Origin: a virus
IMG/VR virus record: IMGVR_UViG_3300001846_000277
Location: 3,664 to 67,663 of that record
DNA: 64,000 nucleotides
Strand: one strand, 5' to 3'
Below, one piece after another: positions 48,454-58,463 of the stretch; positions within the stretch are counted from its first letter, which is position 1; each line of letters opens with the position of its first letter. The translations under genes and the position numbers were made by a program. The notes under the pieces were generated by a model, which was not told the DNA's origin, ran no database searches, and saw only the letters and a list, made by a program, of their open reading frames with translations.

Positions 48454-49354
48454 GTGCTCTCCACTTGGTGGTTATTGTTTCGCCGCTACATGGACAAGTG
48501 TATTTACTACATTTTACAGGTTTGATTTCAATATCGGATAAATCGTAGATGTTGTAGCCGAGATCAGTTCCGCAATTGCCGCCAACATTGCCCTGTCTAT
48601 CTATTTTTACCGTATCAACACCTAAATTACACTGCCAACCCTCAAAGTGATTTAGATCATTTACCACAAAGTAGTTGTCGTCTGTGTGTGTTTCGCCGTC
48701 AATGCTGAATTTCGTTCTTGGCTTGCGTTGAACTTCTTGATACCAGTCCATATTAGGATATTGCTTAATTGGATCACGCACATACTCAAGTTGTTCCTCG
48801 TTGTAGCGATGTTTGCCGTCATACAAAACAGTCTTAGCAAGCACTGGAAAGAGCTTTACACCGCCCGTTACACGGTCTACAAGCGTCTTACAGCGTTCAA
48901 AGTGTAAAGGATCCATCAACACGTCAATATTTGTTTCTACACGATAATCGTATAACAGTTCAGCAACACTGAGACAATGAGCAGGGTCGCCTGATTCATG
49001 ATGTAGACTTATGTGGACAACATCAAAACAATGCCAATGTCTTTTCCACCAACTGATACTTTGACTAGCATTGGTGCTCAAGCATATTTTTATATCATGT
49101 GCCATTTTAAGTGTGTTACACAATCTTGGCAAGTGTTTCCACAATGTAGGCTCACCGCCTATAAGATACAGTCTTGTAGGTCTATCGTGTTGTTTGATAT
49201 ATTTTAGCAGTGCTGTTTCTAAACGATCTACTGAAGGCCAACGCACTGTGCCTTCGTTAGCACCTGGAAAGCAATAACCACACTGGTAATTACAAGTGTT
49301 GCCCAAATCTAATTCAATGACAAAGTCAGTGTCGTAGTTTTCAATACGCTTCAT
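48446..49354 (-). CDS. radical SAM enzyme, type B
   Basis: GNTCNYQCGYCFPGANEG; GGEP; WQCNLG...C...C....C.C. Confidence 0.9.
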   Translation of the reverse strand: MKRIENYDTDFVIELDLGNTCNYQCGYCFPGANEGTVRWPSVDRLETALLKYIKQHDRPTRLYLIGGEPTLWKHLPRLCNTLKMAHDIKICLSTNASQSISWWKRHWHCFDVVHISLHHESGDPAHCLSVAELLYDYRVETNIDVLMDPLHFERCKTLVDRVTGGVKLFPVLAKTVLYDGKHRYNEEQLEYVRDPIKQYPNMDWYQEVQRKPRTKFSIDGETHTDDNYFVVNDLNHFEGWQCNLGVDTVKIDRQGNVGGNCGTDLGYNIYDLSDIEIKPVKCSKYTCPCSGETITTKWRAHV

Positions 49355-50730
49355 AACAAATGTGCCAATTCAGGAAATACTGCTTTAGCATTTACTCCTC
49401 TAATAGCATCAAGTTTGTTTACATACTCTCGAAATCCTGGCAGCATATCACTACGGTCTTCTGCGTCCATGTGATTCAATATTGCTTCCCAGCGTCTCCA
49501 GCCATAAGGATTATGTTCCCAAAAGGTAGAGTCCGTTGTCCAATGGTTATACAAGTAGTCTTTGAATTTTCGAAACAATTCACGTATTTCTGTTTTGTCC
49601 TCTTTGGGCAATATTTGTATGCTCAAAAACGTTGGTATGTATAGTAGGTGCATGTTCACTAGACCGCCGCCTGCTTTTACGCCTCGAATTTCTTCTGTAT
49701 TAACTTTTTTAAAATTCTGTGATATTTTCCAATGTATGAAATCTGGCAAATGTTTTATGTTAAAAATTTGTATAGCAGTAGCAATACTTGGACGTATGTT
49801 GTCTGGTGTATTATCCAGCATGTGTAAATTGCGTTCTACTGTATCCCAATCTGTAGGATAACGTATGTAGTTGTTGCGTGGTCCAGCAGCGTCCATGCTG
49901 ACACCTACTTTTACTATTTCAAAATGACTCCACAGATCAATTAAATCTTTGTCAACCAGTATACCATTTGTATTGTAGCGTAGACGTATACTTTTGTTAT
50001 ATCCTTGTCTAACAATTTCTTCAATAAACTTTTTGTGTTCAGCAATCATCAGTGGTTCGCCGCCAGCAAAGTATACTTCACGTAGATTAGGTATTTGTTT
50101 GTATAAGTCGTCCCAGAATATTTCTTGTTCATGCCATTTGTTGTTGAAAGCAGATTTGTCCCACTGCATTTGTCTTTTAACTTCTGGATCTTCTAACTGT
50201 GGCTCTAATACTTTCCAGTCCTTTACCCACTTACTACTGTCATGTGGTGAACACATTACACACTTGATATTACAAGTGTGCCCAAGGCGCAGGTCTAAAT
50301 ATTGTAATTCTTCTTTGTAGTATCCATTTTTGTGTGTTTCGTTTAATAAATTTTGTATATCAAGACCACGTTCCATCCATGTTCCTGTTTCCCACACACG
50401 TTTACTTACTACACCTTTTGATTCTTCAGCAAAACATTTGCTACAACTTGCAGGTATCTTGCCTTCCATCATTGTGCGCCTTACACCACGCATGTATTCG
50501 CTGTTCCATGCTTCCATAGGAGATGTTGTCGCAAAGTTTATATGCTGTCCGCTATCGTCTTTTACAATACCCACTGTATGATCTGTGCCTGCTCCGCTGG
50601 CATTAGCACTACAGCATAGTCGCATATCTCCGTTAGGCCGTGTTGCCATGTGTATCCAAGGCAAAGCACAGAAAGTTTCTGTTGCTTCTGCTTTTAGTCT
50701 ATTGTTGAATAAATCTAAAAAATCTTTCAT
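49351..50730 (-). CDS. radical SAM enzyme, type A
   Basis: FCALPWIHMATRPNGDMRLCC; CNIKCVMC; GGEP. Confidence 0.9.
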   Translation of the reverse strand: MKDFLDLFNNRLKAEATETFCALPWIHMATRPNGDMRLCCSANASGAGTDHTVGIVKDDSGQHINFATTSPMEAWNSEYMRGVRRTMMEGKIPASCSKCFAEESKGVVSKRVWETGTWMERGLDIQNLLNETHKNGYYKEELQYLDLRLGHTCNIKCVMCSPHDSSKWVKDWKVLEPQLEDPEVKRQMQWDKSAFNNKWHEQEIFWDDLYKQIPNLREVYFAGGEPLMIAEHKKFIEEIVRQGYNKSIRLRYNTNGILVDKDLIDLWSHFEIVKVGVSMDAAGPRNNYIRYPTDWDTVERNLHMLDNTPDNIRPSIATAIQIFNIKHLPDFIHWKISQNFKKVNTEEIRGVKAGGGLVNMHLLYIPTFLSIQILPKEDKTEIRELFRKFKDYLYNHWTTDSTFWEHNPYGWRRWEAILNHMDAEDRSDMLPGFREYVNKLDAIRGVNAKAVFPELAHLL

Positions 50731-51332
50731 TTACGTCCGATCAATAGGTATCTATTATATAATGGCAAGTTAAGTGTATCTTTATACATTATATCTCCTA
50801 GCTCACTTGCTTCAGCAAATTCGTGTAGGCTATCATAGCACCTAACATGATCTGGCACTTCTTTATAATTATTGTTTTGTAACACAAGCAAACTATTATC
50901 AGGCACATTATTCAACCAACGGTTGTATTGTTCTTGGGTAATATGCTCTGTGCTTGTGTTAATAACTACGTCAGGCTCATACTCATATTTATATTCGCAC
51001 ATGTCTGCGGTAATTGCTGTAAACTTGCCTATCATTTCTTGACGTTTACATATCATATTTGCTGTTTCTTCGCAACTAGGATCAATATCAATGCTGCGTA
51101 TATCATTAATGTCAAGTCTGCTGTTGAATAGTAAACTACTTAACACTCCATTCCAGCCGCCGTGGATAACTATGTCCAAAGGTTTTATAGGTGCGTAACC
51201 AGTTAGTTTTTCAATAAGCCAAACTTTGCTTTTTATTTGACCTTTCCAAAAACTTTCTAACACACCAAAATGGTTTTCGCTGTTGCGCACAGCGTCCATC
51301 CAAAATGCTACATCGTCCAAGTTTACCAGCAT
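50727..51332 (-). CDS. class I SAM methyltransferase-like
   Basis: IVIHGGWNG, IRSIDIDPSC, VINTSTEH, LVLQNNNY. Confidence 0.75.
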   Translation of the reverse strand: MLVNLDDVAFWMDAVRNSENHFGVLESFWKGQIKSKVWLIEKLTGYAPIKPLDIVIHGGWNGVLSSLLFNSRLDINDIRSIDIDPSCEETANMICKRQEMIGKFTAITADMCEYKYEYEPDVVINTSTEHITQEQYNRWLNNVPDNSLLVLQNNNYKEVPDHVRCYDSLHEFAEASELGDIMYKDTLNLPLYNRYLLIGRK

Positions 51333-52411
51333 GTTTTAACCATTTCTTTTCTTATTTTTTGGAAGTGTTTAAAATTATGTTTACGTATTTCTAATGTAAT
51401 GCTGTTTAGTTCTTCCACACTATACTTTTTAATTGTATTATACAATGTTTCTGTGGCTTTGTAAAGTCTTTTATCTTCTGGTAGTTCGTCATAACTTTCA
51501 TCCCATATACTATTAAAAGTTTGAAAACCAAGCTCACGTAAATATTTTAAACTATACTGCGGTCCAACAAGAATAAATGCTTGTTTACATACAATCGGTT
51601 TCCATATTTTTTCACTAAAAAATATGTGATGATGTAAGTTATGTTCTTTTCCATAAAATGTTTCGGTCACTAAGTTAATTAAACATTCGTCATAAATCAT
51701 TCTATTGTAGTCATTAGGTCTGCTGCCACGAGAAAAATCTTCTGTATCAAAATTTAATGGTAATTTTGTTTTTGTTATTTCTTTTTGATTATTCAGTATA
51801 ATACCTATTTCTTGTGTGTAATTTTGATTATAAGACATAACATTTTGTTCATATGGCATACGACTACTATTGGTTTCATATTGTGTGTCTAAGCATGTGA
51901 CTATGCCTTTGTCTAATAGATCAAAATAATCGATTAGTGTGACTGTTTGTAATCTATGAGGATGAGGACGATTATTAAGACAACAAAAGTATGTTGGTTT
52001 ATAATATTTAATTTTATCCAAACGATAATCTATTAAATTATCATACACCCTATGATACCATTCTGGATAGTAAAACGTTTGGAAATTTCCAGTAAGTGGC
52101 CATTTAGCATATTCTTTTTCTGCATCTAAAAGGGACGTTGCAAAAAATACTTTTCCTTGTAAATTATTTTTTACAACAAAACTATCAATTTTACTAAATC
52201 TTCTGTAGGCAAATCCTTCTAAAATCTCGTGTAGTAGTAAAAATACATTTGGTTTATACAGTTCTTTTATGTAGTTCAGTTCTAATCTGCGTCTAAAATC
52301 TTCAATAAAAAAATATTTTCCGTTGCCTTGCCATTGTTCATAAGGTAGATATTGCAAACCAAAAGGGTTTGTATAACTTGTATGTTTTTTATTTGAATAC
52401 ACGTTGGGCAA
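51323..52411 (-). CDS. putative GT-B glycosyltransferase (GT10-like motif), paralog 1 of 4
   Basis: CLNNRPHPHR, INLVTET, FSEKIWKP, LRELGFQTF...WDESYD. Confidence 0.5.
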   Translation of the reverse strand: MPNVYSNKKHTSYTNPFGLQYLPYEQWQGNGKYFFIEDFRRRLELNYIKELYKPNVFLLLHEILEGFAYRRFSKIDSFVVKNNLQGKVFFATSLLDAEKEYAKWPLTGNFQTFYYPEWYHRVYDNLIDYRLDKIKYYKPTYFCCLNNRPHPHRLQTVTLIDYFDLLDKGIVTCLDTQYETNSSRMPYEQNVMSYNQNYTQEIGIILNNQKEITKTKLPLNFDTEDFSRGSRPNDYNRMIYDECLINLVTETFYGKEHNLHHHIFFSEKIWKPIVCKQAFILVGPQYSLKYLRELGFQTFNSIWDESYDELPEDKRLYKATETLYNTIKKYSVEELNSITLEIRKHNFKHFQKIRKEMVKTCW

Positions 52412-53348
52412 CCTTAAAATTATGTCTACGTATTTTAAAAGTTATATTATTTAATTCTTCTAATGTATAATTTTCATACAAATGTTTAAGTTGATCCATA
52501 GCAGCAAACATTCTTTTATCATTATTCATATTGTCATAACTTTCATCAATGATGCTGTCAAATGTTTTAAATCCTTTTGTTTTTAAATATTGCAAAGAAT
52601 GTTTTTGCCCAATTAAAATTAGTATTTGTCCTGCAAACATAGGTTTAATAATCTTTTCAGTAAGAAACAACCCCGGTTCATGATAAAATGTTTCAGATGT
52701 TAAATTTACCAAGCTATTATAAATTTTTGGATTTAAATCAAACGGTTTACTATGTTGTAGTTTGTCAACACGCTCTACATAATCTAGGTGTAAAGGTATT
52801 TTGTTTTCCGTATCTTTAATATATTTTGCAACACTTTTTGGTAATATATCCGGCATCATACATCTTTGCATAAATTGATTTGCACTAAGTCTGTCAATCT
52901 CTCTAAAGCTAACTTTACCTTTGTCTAATAATTTTAAATAATTCATATATACCAACGATTGACATCTATGAGAGTGTTGCCTGTTGTTTAAAAAACAAAA
53001 AAAGTTTTTCTTTTTATATTTAGGAGAGGCATAATTACCACGAAAATGAGTTGCAAAAGTTTTAAAATGAATATTATAAACTTTAACAGAATAAAGTTTT
53101 GGCTTAGATGTTTGTTTTAACCATTTTTTATATAAACTTTCAACATGAAAATTACCGCTTAAATAAACAAGTCTACAATCCATATTGTATTTTTTATAAA
53201 ATACGTGCAAATTTAAAAAATGATTCCAGCAGTCGCCTTCGCTATTATTATCAACTATAACTGTAGTATTAGGATTCTTAACAGCTCTCAAATATTTACT
53301 AGGAAGATTTAAAGGTTCGTGATAGTTTAATTCAATATGCTCTGCCAA
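52389..53348 (-). CDS. putative GT-B glycosyltransferase, paralog 2 of 4
   Basis: FLNNRQHSHR, VNLTSET, LTEKIIKP, LKTKGFKTF...DESYD. Confidence 0.5.
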   Translation of the reverse strand: MAEHIELNYHEPLNLPSKYLRAVKNPNTTVIVDNNSEGDCWNHFLNLHVFYKKYNMDCRLVYLSGNFHVESLYKKWLKQTSKPKLYSVKVYNIHFKTFATHFRGNYASPKYKKKNFFCFLNNRQHSHRCQSLVYMNYLKLLDKGKVSFREIDRLSANQFMQRCMMPDILPKSVAKYIKDTENKIPLHLDYVERVDKLQHSKPFDLNPKIYNSLVNLTSETFYHEPGLFLTEKIIKPMFAGQILILIGQKHSLQYLKTKGFKTFDSIIDESYDNMNNDKRMFAAMDQLKHLYENYTLEELNNITFKIRRHNFKVAQRVFK

Positions 53349-54238
53349 TGATGGATCGTCCTTTCAATACCTTCTTCATAAGATACTTTAGGTGTCCATC
53401 CTGTTTTACTTGTAAGCAAGTTGTGATTACTGTTAAGCCACCAAATTTCACCATGACGTGGATCTTTTGTATCCCAATTTATCTGTCCTGTCCAATCTAA
53501 TTGTTCAGCAATGTAATCTGCACAATGTCTAATTTTTCTCGGATCGTCTGGTCCAATTGTATAGAAATTTCCTTTACATGAATCTCTATTTTCAATTACC
53601 GCCATCCATGCATCTAACAAATCACTAATGTAAATAAAGTTTCTATATGGTTCTGCATATCCTAAATTACAAGTATCGCCTTTGATCATTTGAGCAATAA
53701 TTTGTTCTGTGACAAAAAAGTCATTGTCCTTACGTCCATAACTGTTTGTTTGTCTAAAACTTGCCCAAGGCAAACCGTATGCTCTACCAGCATATTCTAA
53801 ATATTTTTCACAACCATACTTAGCAACAGCATAAGGAGCATTTGGATTAGGCTGAGTATATTCATCAAAAGCAACGCTTTCTTTATAAGTTCCGGTTTGT
53901 TCTACTTCATCTGAAATGGGTTGCCAGCCATAAACTTCCATAGTGCTTGCGAATACAAAATAAGGTAATGTGCTAAGTTGTCTACATGCTTCAATAAGAT
54001 TAACTGTGCCAACATAATTTACTTCACTAAAACTTACTTGTTCATAAAAACTTTTTTGCACTTCAGTTCTAGCAGCAAGGTGAACCACAATGTCAGGATT
54101 CACTGACTTTACTTCTTGTTGTATTCCTGTATGATGTGTTAAATCTGTTTTAAGCTCATGGACTTCTCCAATTGCTTGTAATCTTGGCAACAAGTGTTGT
54201 CCAATAAATCCGCTAGATCCAGTTAGTAATATTTTCAT
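53327..54238 (-). CDS. NDP-sugar 4,6-dehydratase/epimerase (extended SDR, GDP-mannose 4,6-dehydratase-like)
   Basis: TGSSGFIG, HLAARTEVQKSF, ASTMEVYG (T-x-E), YAVAK; AAGGAG SD before ATG 54238. Confidence 0.85.
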   Translation of the reverse strand: MKILLTGSSGFIGQHLLPRLQAIGEVHELKTDLTHHTGIQQEVKSVNPDIVVHLAARTEVQKSFYEQVSFSEVNYVGTVNLIEACRQLSTLPYFVFASTMEVYGWQPISDEVEQTGTYKESVAFDEYTQPNPNAPYAVAKYGCEKYLEYAGRAYGLPWASFRQTNSYGRKDNDFFVTEQIIAQMIKGDTCNLGYAEPYRNFIYISDLLDAWMAVIENRDSCKGNFYTIGPDDPRKIRHCADYIAEQLDWTGQINWDTKDPRHGEIWWLNSNHNLLTSKTGWTPKVSYEEGIERTIHHWQSILN

Positions 54239-54254
54239 GTAAAACTCCTTACTA

Positions 54255-54302
54255 TATTTACAATCCATTAAGTATGTAGTTATTAAATCTGGTGGTTAAA
54301 TA
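54255..54302. promoter_or_regulatory. divergent late-promoter pair
   Basis: Minus TAAATA (54260..54255); plus TAAATA (54297-54302), 4 nt before ATG 54307. Confidence 0.6.
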
Positions 54303-54306
54303 CATT

Positions 54307-54894
54307 ATGTTTGATATCGTAGATGAATTTGAAAAACAAATAGCAGATTTTTTTGGTGCTCCGTATGCTGTAAGCACTGACTGCTGCACTCATGCTATTG
54401 AACTATGTTTAAGGTATAAAAAAATTAAACATGTAACAATTCCTACACATACCTATCTAAGTGTTCCAATGACTGCAAAAAAAGTTGGTGCTACTGTGTC
54501 TTGGGCTAATAGTAGATGGGAAGAATATTATAACTTACACAGCAACATATATGATGCTGCTGTTTTATGGAGACGAAACAGTTATGTAAAAGATAGTTAC
54601 ATGTGTTTGAGTTTTCAATACCGTAAGCATCTTAGTTTAGGCAGAGGCGGTATGATTTTATTAAGCAGCAAAGAAGAAAAAGATGATTTAATAAAATTAG
54701 GATATGACGGTAGACACAGAAATGCTCCTTGGGCAGAACAAGATATTAACAGTATGGGTTATCATTATTACATGACACCAGAAACAGCACAATTAGGTTT
54801 AGACAAATTGCCAGATGCTATTACGTCTACTCCAAAATTGTGGACATGGAAAGATTATCCTGATATATATAATCAGGTAGCTCATATGATTTGA
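54307..54894 (+). CDS. DegT/DnrJ/EryC1/StrS-family sugar aminotransferase (short, ~195 aa)
   Basis: FEKQIADFFGAPYAV...CT.A..L, YDAA, SFQYRKHL..GRGG; ends without the usual C-terminal domain. Confidence 0.75.
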   Translation: MFDIVDEFEKQIADFFGAPYAVSTDCCTHAIELCLRYKKIKHVTIPTHTYLSVPMTAKKVGATVSWANSRWEEYYNLHSNIYDAAVLWRRNSYVKDSYMCLSFQYRKHLSLGRGGMILLSSKEEKDDLIKLGYDGRHRNAPWAEQDINSMGYHYYMTPETAQLGLDKLPDAITSTPKLWTWKDYPDIYNQVAHMI

Positions 54895-55675
54895 ATAATC
54901 TGTGAAAAGGTTGATACTTGTCGTTTTTACGTAGCTCTCTGCACAAATAATCTTGCAATTTATGCGAATCCTTAATACGATTTGTTTGAACATATATCTC
55001 AATATCATGTTGCAATTGGTCTATTAATTTATGTGTAGACTTAGTTAATGTCCAGCCTAAATCTTTGTAAACATTTTCAACTAATAAATTTTTATGACTA
55101 GCAATATCTGGATGAATATCTTCTACAACCTTAAAACATAAATTCAAATCGTCAAATTCTCTAACTGTAATATTAGGTAGTTTTTTGTCATATAAATTTT
55201 TTAAGCCTTTTGCAATTTTTAGATCTTGTGGAAAATAATTTATACCAGATAACCCGTGTTCTGCAAGTATTGGATCAAAGGCATGAGCTTGCCATAATAT
55301 GTTTTCTGTATAAGATTTATTTACTGATAATATAGAGGTATAGTTTCTTACAATATCGTTAGTTATACTCCAATTACGTTGATGCCAAAACCTGCGTTCT
55401 TTTGGTGCATGAAACACACTTCCATAATTTTCCCAATGAGTATTTGTTATCCAGTCAAATCTTTCAAAACCAGACCATAGTATTACAATTTTATCATGTT
55501 TAGTAAAATTAAATTTAGCATCCGCTTCAAACACCCTACTTGCAATACCAACATTACCCAAGCCAGCAATTGCAAAATTATAAAAGTCTACACCTTTATC
55601 AAGTGCCATAATATCTGCCCATGTAGGCCAGCCATACCTTGTAAAACTACAACCAAAAGCAAATAATCTATCCAT
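54827..55675 (-). CDS. SGNH-like protein (GCS variant)
   Basis: LFAFGCSFT...WPTWAD, NFAIAGLGN, DIHP. Confidence 0.55.
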   Translation of the reverse strand: MDRLFAFGCSFTRYGWPTWADIMALDKGVDFYNFAIAGLGNVGIASRVFEADAKFNFTKHDKIVILWSGFERFDWITNTHWENYGSVFHAPKERRFWHQRNWSITNDIVRNYTSILSVNKSYTENILWQAHAFDPILAEHGLSGINYFPQDLKIAKGLKNLYDKKLPNITVREFDDLNLCFKVVEDIHPDIASHKNLLVENVYKDLGWTLTKSTHKLIDQLQHDIEIYVQTNRIKDSHKLQDYLCRELRKNDKYQPFHRLFKSYELPDYIYQDNLSMSTILE

Positions 55676-56726
55676 TTTGAATAATCCATTTGTCTATACG
55701 TTTTGAATCAAAAAATATTTTATCTTTATAATGATTATTAAAATGTTTATTATTAGTAGTAGAAAAATTTTTATATACTTCTGGAGGAAATATATTTTCA
55801 GTTGATTTAATCATTTCAATTAAATGTTGAAAATTATGTTTTATTTTATATTCGCAAGCATCATATATGCGTGAATAATCATGATCCTTGTATTTTGCTA
55901 CCTGTTGCCACAATGCATCTGCTCGGGCTTCATCGTCTTCTATACTATCAAAACTATAATCAAAAAGATTATCATATAAATCAAATCCTAATTCAACAAG
56001 TGCTTTATGATAGTTAGGCACACTAAATGTAATAAAAGGACGTTGATGTAAGATTGGCACAAAAGTTTTTTCTGTCATAAACAAACATTCAGTGTTGCTT
56101 TCACAAACTACACTCAATGCACTATCACTAAATTGCTCTGGAGGGTATAGTATTTCGCCGTCCCTTCCTTTCCAATCTAATCTTTTAGAAATCATATAAT
56201 CAGTAAAATATTTCCATTCGTGTTCTTGTGAAATATTATTTGTTGACCAAGAAATGTGACCATAGTTTTCACATTTGTTTTTATACAACATATCCATAAA
56301 AATACATCGATGAGGATGCCCTCTATTGTTTAAACTTGTAAACAATTTTTTTGGTGTATTGACTTTATGTAATTTCCAATTTCGATCTATATGAGATTGT
56401 AAAACTGCGTTTGCAAAGTAATGCATAAATTGCACTAAGTTTTTACCTTTTGTAATGTAATGTCTATTGTTTAATTTACCTAAATATGCTGGTCTAAACA
56501 AATAAACTTTTACATTGTTTTCCTCTGCAAATGCAAGAAATTCTTTCCAAGAGTTTTTATCATTATAAATGTAAATAATTTCATATTCTTCAAATCCTAT
56601 CACATATAAAGTTTTACATTCTGGACGTTGCATTGATTTTTTTAACTCAATGGCCATTTGTTCGTGTATACTATGGGCCCATACAAACCACCAAACGCAT
56701 CCATTATTATCAATAGGAAAATTCAT
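55668..56726 (-). CDS. putative GT-B glycosyltransferase, paralog 3 of 4
   Basis: SLNNRGHPHR, VVCESN, MTEKTFVP, LVELGFDLY...DYSFD. Confidence 0.5.
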   Translation of the reverse strand: MNFPIDNNGCVWWFVWAHSIHEQMAIELKKSMQRPECKTLYVIGFEEYEIIYIYNDKNSWKEFLAFAEENNVKVYLFRPAYLGKLNNRHYITKGKNLVQFMHYFANAVLQSHIDRNWKLHKVNTPKKLFTSLNNRGHPHRCIFMDMLYKNKCENYGHISWSTNNISQEHEWKYFTDYMISKRLDWKGRDGEILYPPEQFSDSALSVVCESNTECLFMTEKTFVPILHQRPFITFSVPNYHKALVELGFDLYDNLFDYSFDSIEDDEARADALWQQVAKYKDHDYSRIYDACEYKIKHNFQHLIEMIKSTENIFPPEVYKNFSTTNNKHFNNHYKDKIFFDSKRIDKWIIQNG

Positions 56727-57442
56727 TTCATAAACTCTCTTGGATTAAAATCAAATACTTCATTTAATTTTTTTCTGTTACTTAGTTGAACACTAGCATT
56801 ATTATGTATTTTATTCCAGTAATCTTTGTTTTTTTTACTAATTTTTATATTCATCACTTTTTCAACGATTCTTACATGATCTAATATATCTGGATGAGAG
56901 TCTTGTAAAACTCCAAAAGATTTGCTGCCTTTTTCAGCTTTAAAATATTGCATTTCTGGTAATGTAGCAGCAAACTTATTATACAAATCATTTACTTCAG
57001 GTCCGGCTATATCTGTATCTTCCCAAGCAGAAGGAAAAGCACTTGCTTGAAATTTTATTAAATCTTTATATGTGCCATTTACATGATTTATAGCAGTAGT
57101 ATTTTTTACAATGTCGTGTTCCCAGGACCAAAAATACTTGTGATACTTGTTCCAAATACGTTCACCTATATTACTAAAGACGTTGCCATATTGTGCAAAG
57201 CCTTCGCCTAGTATTCTATCCTCACGATTCCAACTGGTCCATAGTATCATAATTTCATCATCTGATGTAAATTTATGCTTTACATCAGCTTCCATAATTC
57301 TATAGCTAATACCAACATTACCTATACCTGCTAAACCATAATTGTAAACTTGTGTGTCAGTTAATTCTCTATCTAAAATTTCAGGCCAACAAGGCCAATA
57401 GTAATGAGTAAAACTGCAACCAAATGTGAATAATCTGCGCAT
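56723..57442 (-). CDS. SGNH-like protein (GCS variant; paralog of 54827-55675)
   Basis: LFTFGCSFT, NYGLAGIGN, DSHP. Confidence 0.55.
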   Translation of the reverse strand: MRRLFTFGCSFTHYYWPCWPEILDRELTDTQVYNYGLAGIGNVGISYRIMEADVKHKFTSDDEIMILWTSWNREDRILGEGFAQYGNVFSNIGERIWNKYHKYFWSWEHDIVKNTTAINHVNGTYKDLIKFQASAFPSAWEDTDIAGPEVNDLYNKFAATLPEMQYFKAEKGSKSFGVLQDSHPDILDHVRIVEKVMNIKISKKNKDYWNKIHNNASVQLSNRKKLNEVFDFNPREFMK

Positions 57443-57451
57443 ATATTGCCT

Positions 57452-57474
57452 TAAATACTGTATGAATATTTATA
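57452..57474. promoter_or_regulatory. overlapping divergent late promoters
   Basis: Plus TAAATA (57452-57457), 4 nt before ATG 57462; minus TATAAATA (57474..57467) inside the first codons of the plus gene. Confidence 0.6.
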
Positions 57475-58463
57475 GTGTAAACGAATGGGATCCATTGAAA
57501 AAGGTTTGTGTTGGAGTCGCTGACTATTGCCGCATTCCTGAGATGGACGAAAGTTTGCGTGTAATAAATTACGCAGACAGACAGGATGTAAGTGATGTAA
57601 AGGCTGGTCTATATCCTGACCAAGTTGTAGAAGAATCAAACGAAGATCTTGAAACTTTTGTAAAGTTTTTAGAAGGCGAAGGGGTTGAAGTAGTCAGACC
57701 TAAGCGCACACCAGAAGTTGAATACTATAACTACTGCCCACGTGATACTGTATTTGTTCATGGCAACAGAGCTTTTGCTGCGCCAATGGCACTAGCAGCA
57801 AGAGAAACAGAATGGCGCCATCTACTGCCTGGTGTTGCTCCTATCGAAATAGGGCACCGCATAGACAGGACAGGATTATACGACGAATCATGTGTCGGAG
57901 ATCCGGATCGCCTTGCCCTCACTGAAGTAGCACCATGCTTTGACGCTGCTAATGCAATTAGAGCTAACGACGATATTTTGTATTTGGTAAGCAATAGTGG
58001 CAACAAAGCAGGTGCTGCTTATTTAAGCACATGGATAAACAAACCTGAAAATAATTTTTCTGAGCCAGGCAACATACGTGTTCATAGATTAGAAAATGTC
58101 TATAGTTATATGCACATTGACAGCACTATTGCGTTCTTACGTGAAGGATTACTACTTGCTAATCCAAGCAGAATTAAAAGTATGGATGTATTACCTGCGC
58201 CATTCAACACATGGGATGTAATTTGGGCACCGGATCCTGTTGATGCAGGACATTATCCAGGGCTATGCAATAGTAGTATTTGGACTTGGAATGTCAACTT
58301 GTTTAGTGTTAATCCTAATCTAGTTGTATTAGAAGAACATCAAGAACCAACTCGTAAAGCACTAGAAGCACACGGTATTGAATGTGCTATGCTACCACTG
58401 CGTCATGCTAGAACACTAGGTGGGTGTTTTCATTGTTGCACATTAGATCTTGTTAGAGGCTAA
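57462..58463 (+). CDS. amidinotransferase (glycine/inosamine-phosphate amidinotransferase-like)
   Basis: SVNEWDPLKKV.VG, YCPRD, MHIDST, GGCFHCCTLD; start moved to ATG 57462. Confidence 0.85.
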   Translation: MNIYSVNEWDPLKKVCVGVADYCRIPEMDESLRVINYADRQDVSDVKAGLYPDQVVEESNEDLETFVKFLEGEGVEVVRPKRTPEVEYYNYCPRDTVFVHGNRAFAAPMALAARETEWRHLLPGVAPIEIGHRIDRTGLYDESCVGDPDRLALTEVAPCFDAANAIRANDDILYLVSNSGNKAGAAYLSTWINKPENNFSEPGNIRVHRLENVYSYMHIDSTIAFLREGLLLANPSRIKSMDVLPAPFNTWDVIWAPDPVDAGHYPGLCNSSIWTWNVNLFSVNPNLVVLEEHQEPTRKALEAHGIECAMLPLRHARTLGGCFHCCTLDLVRG

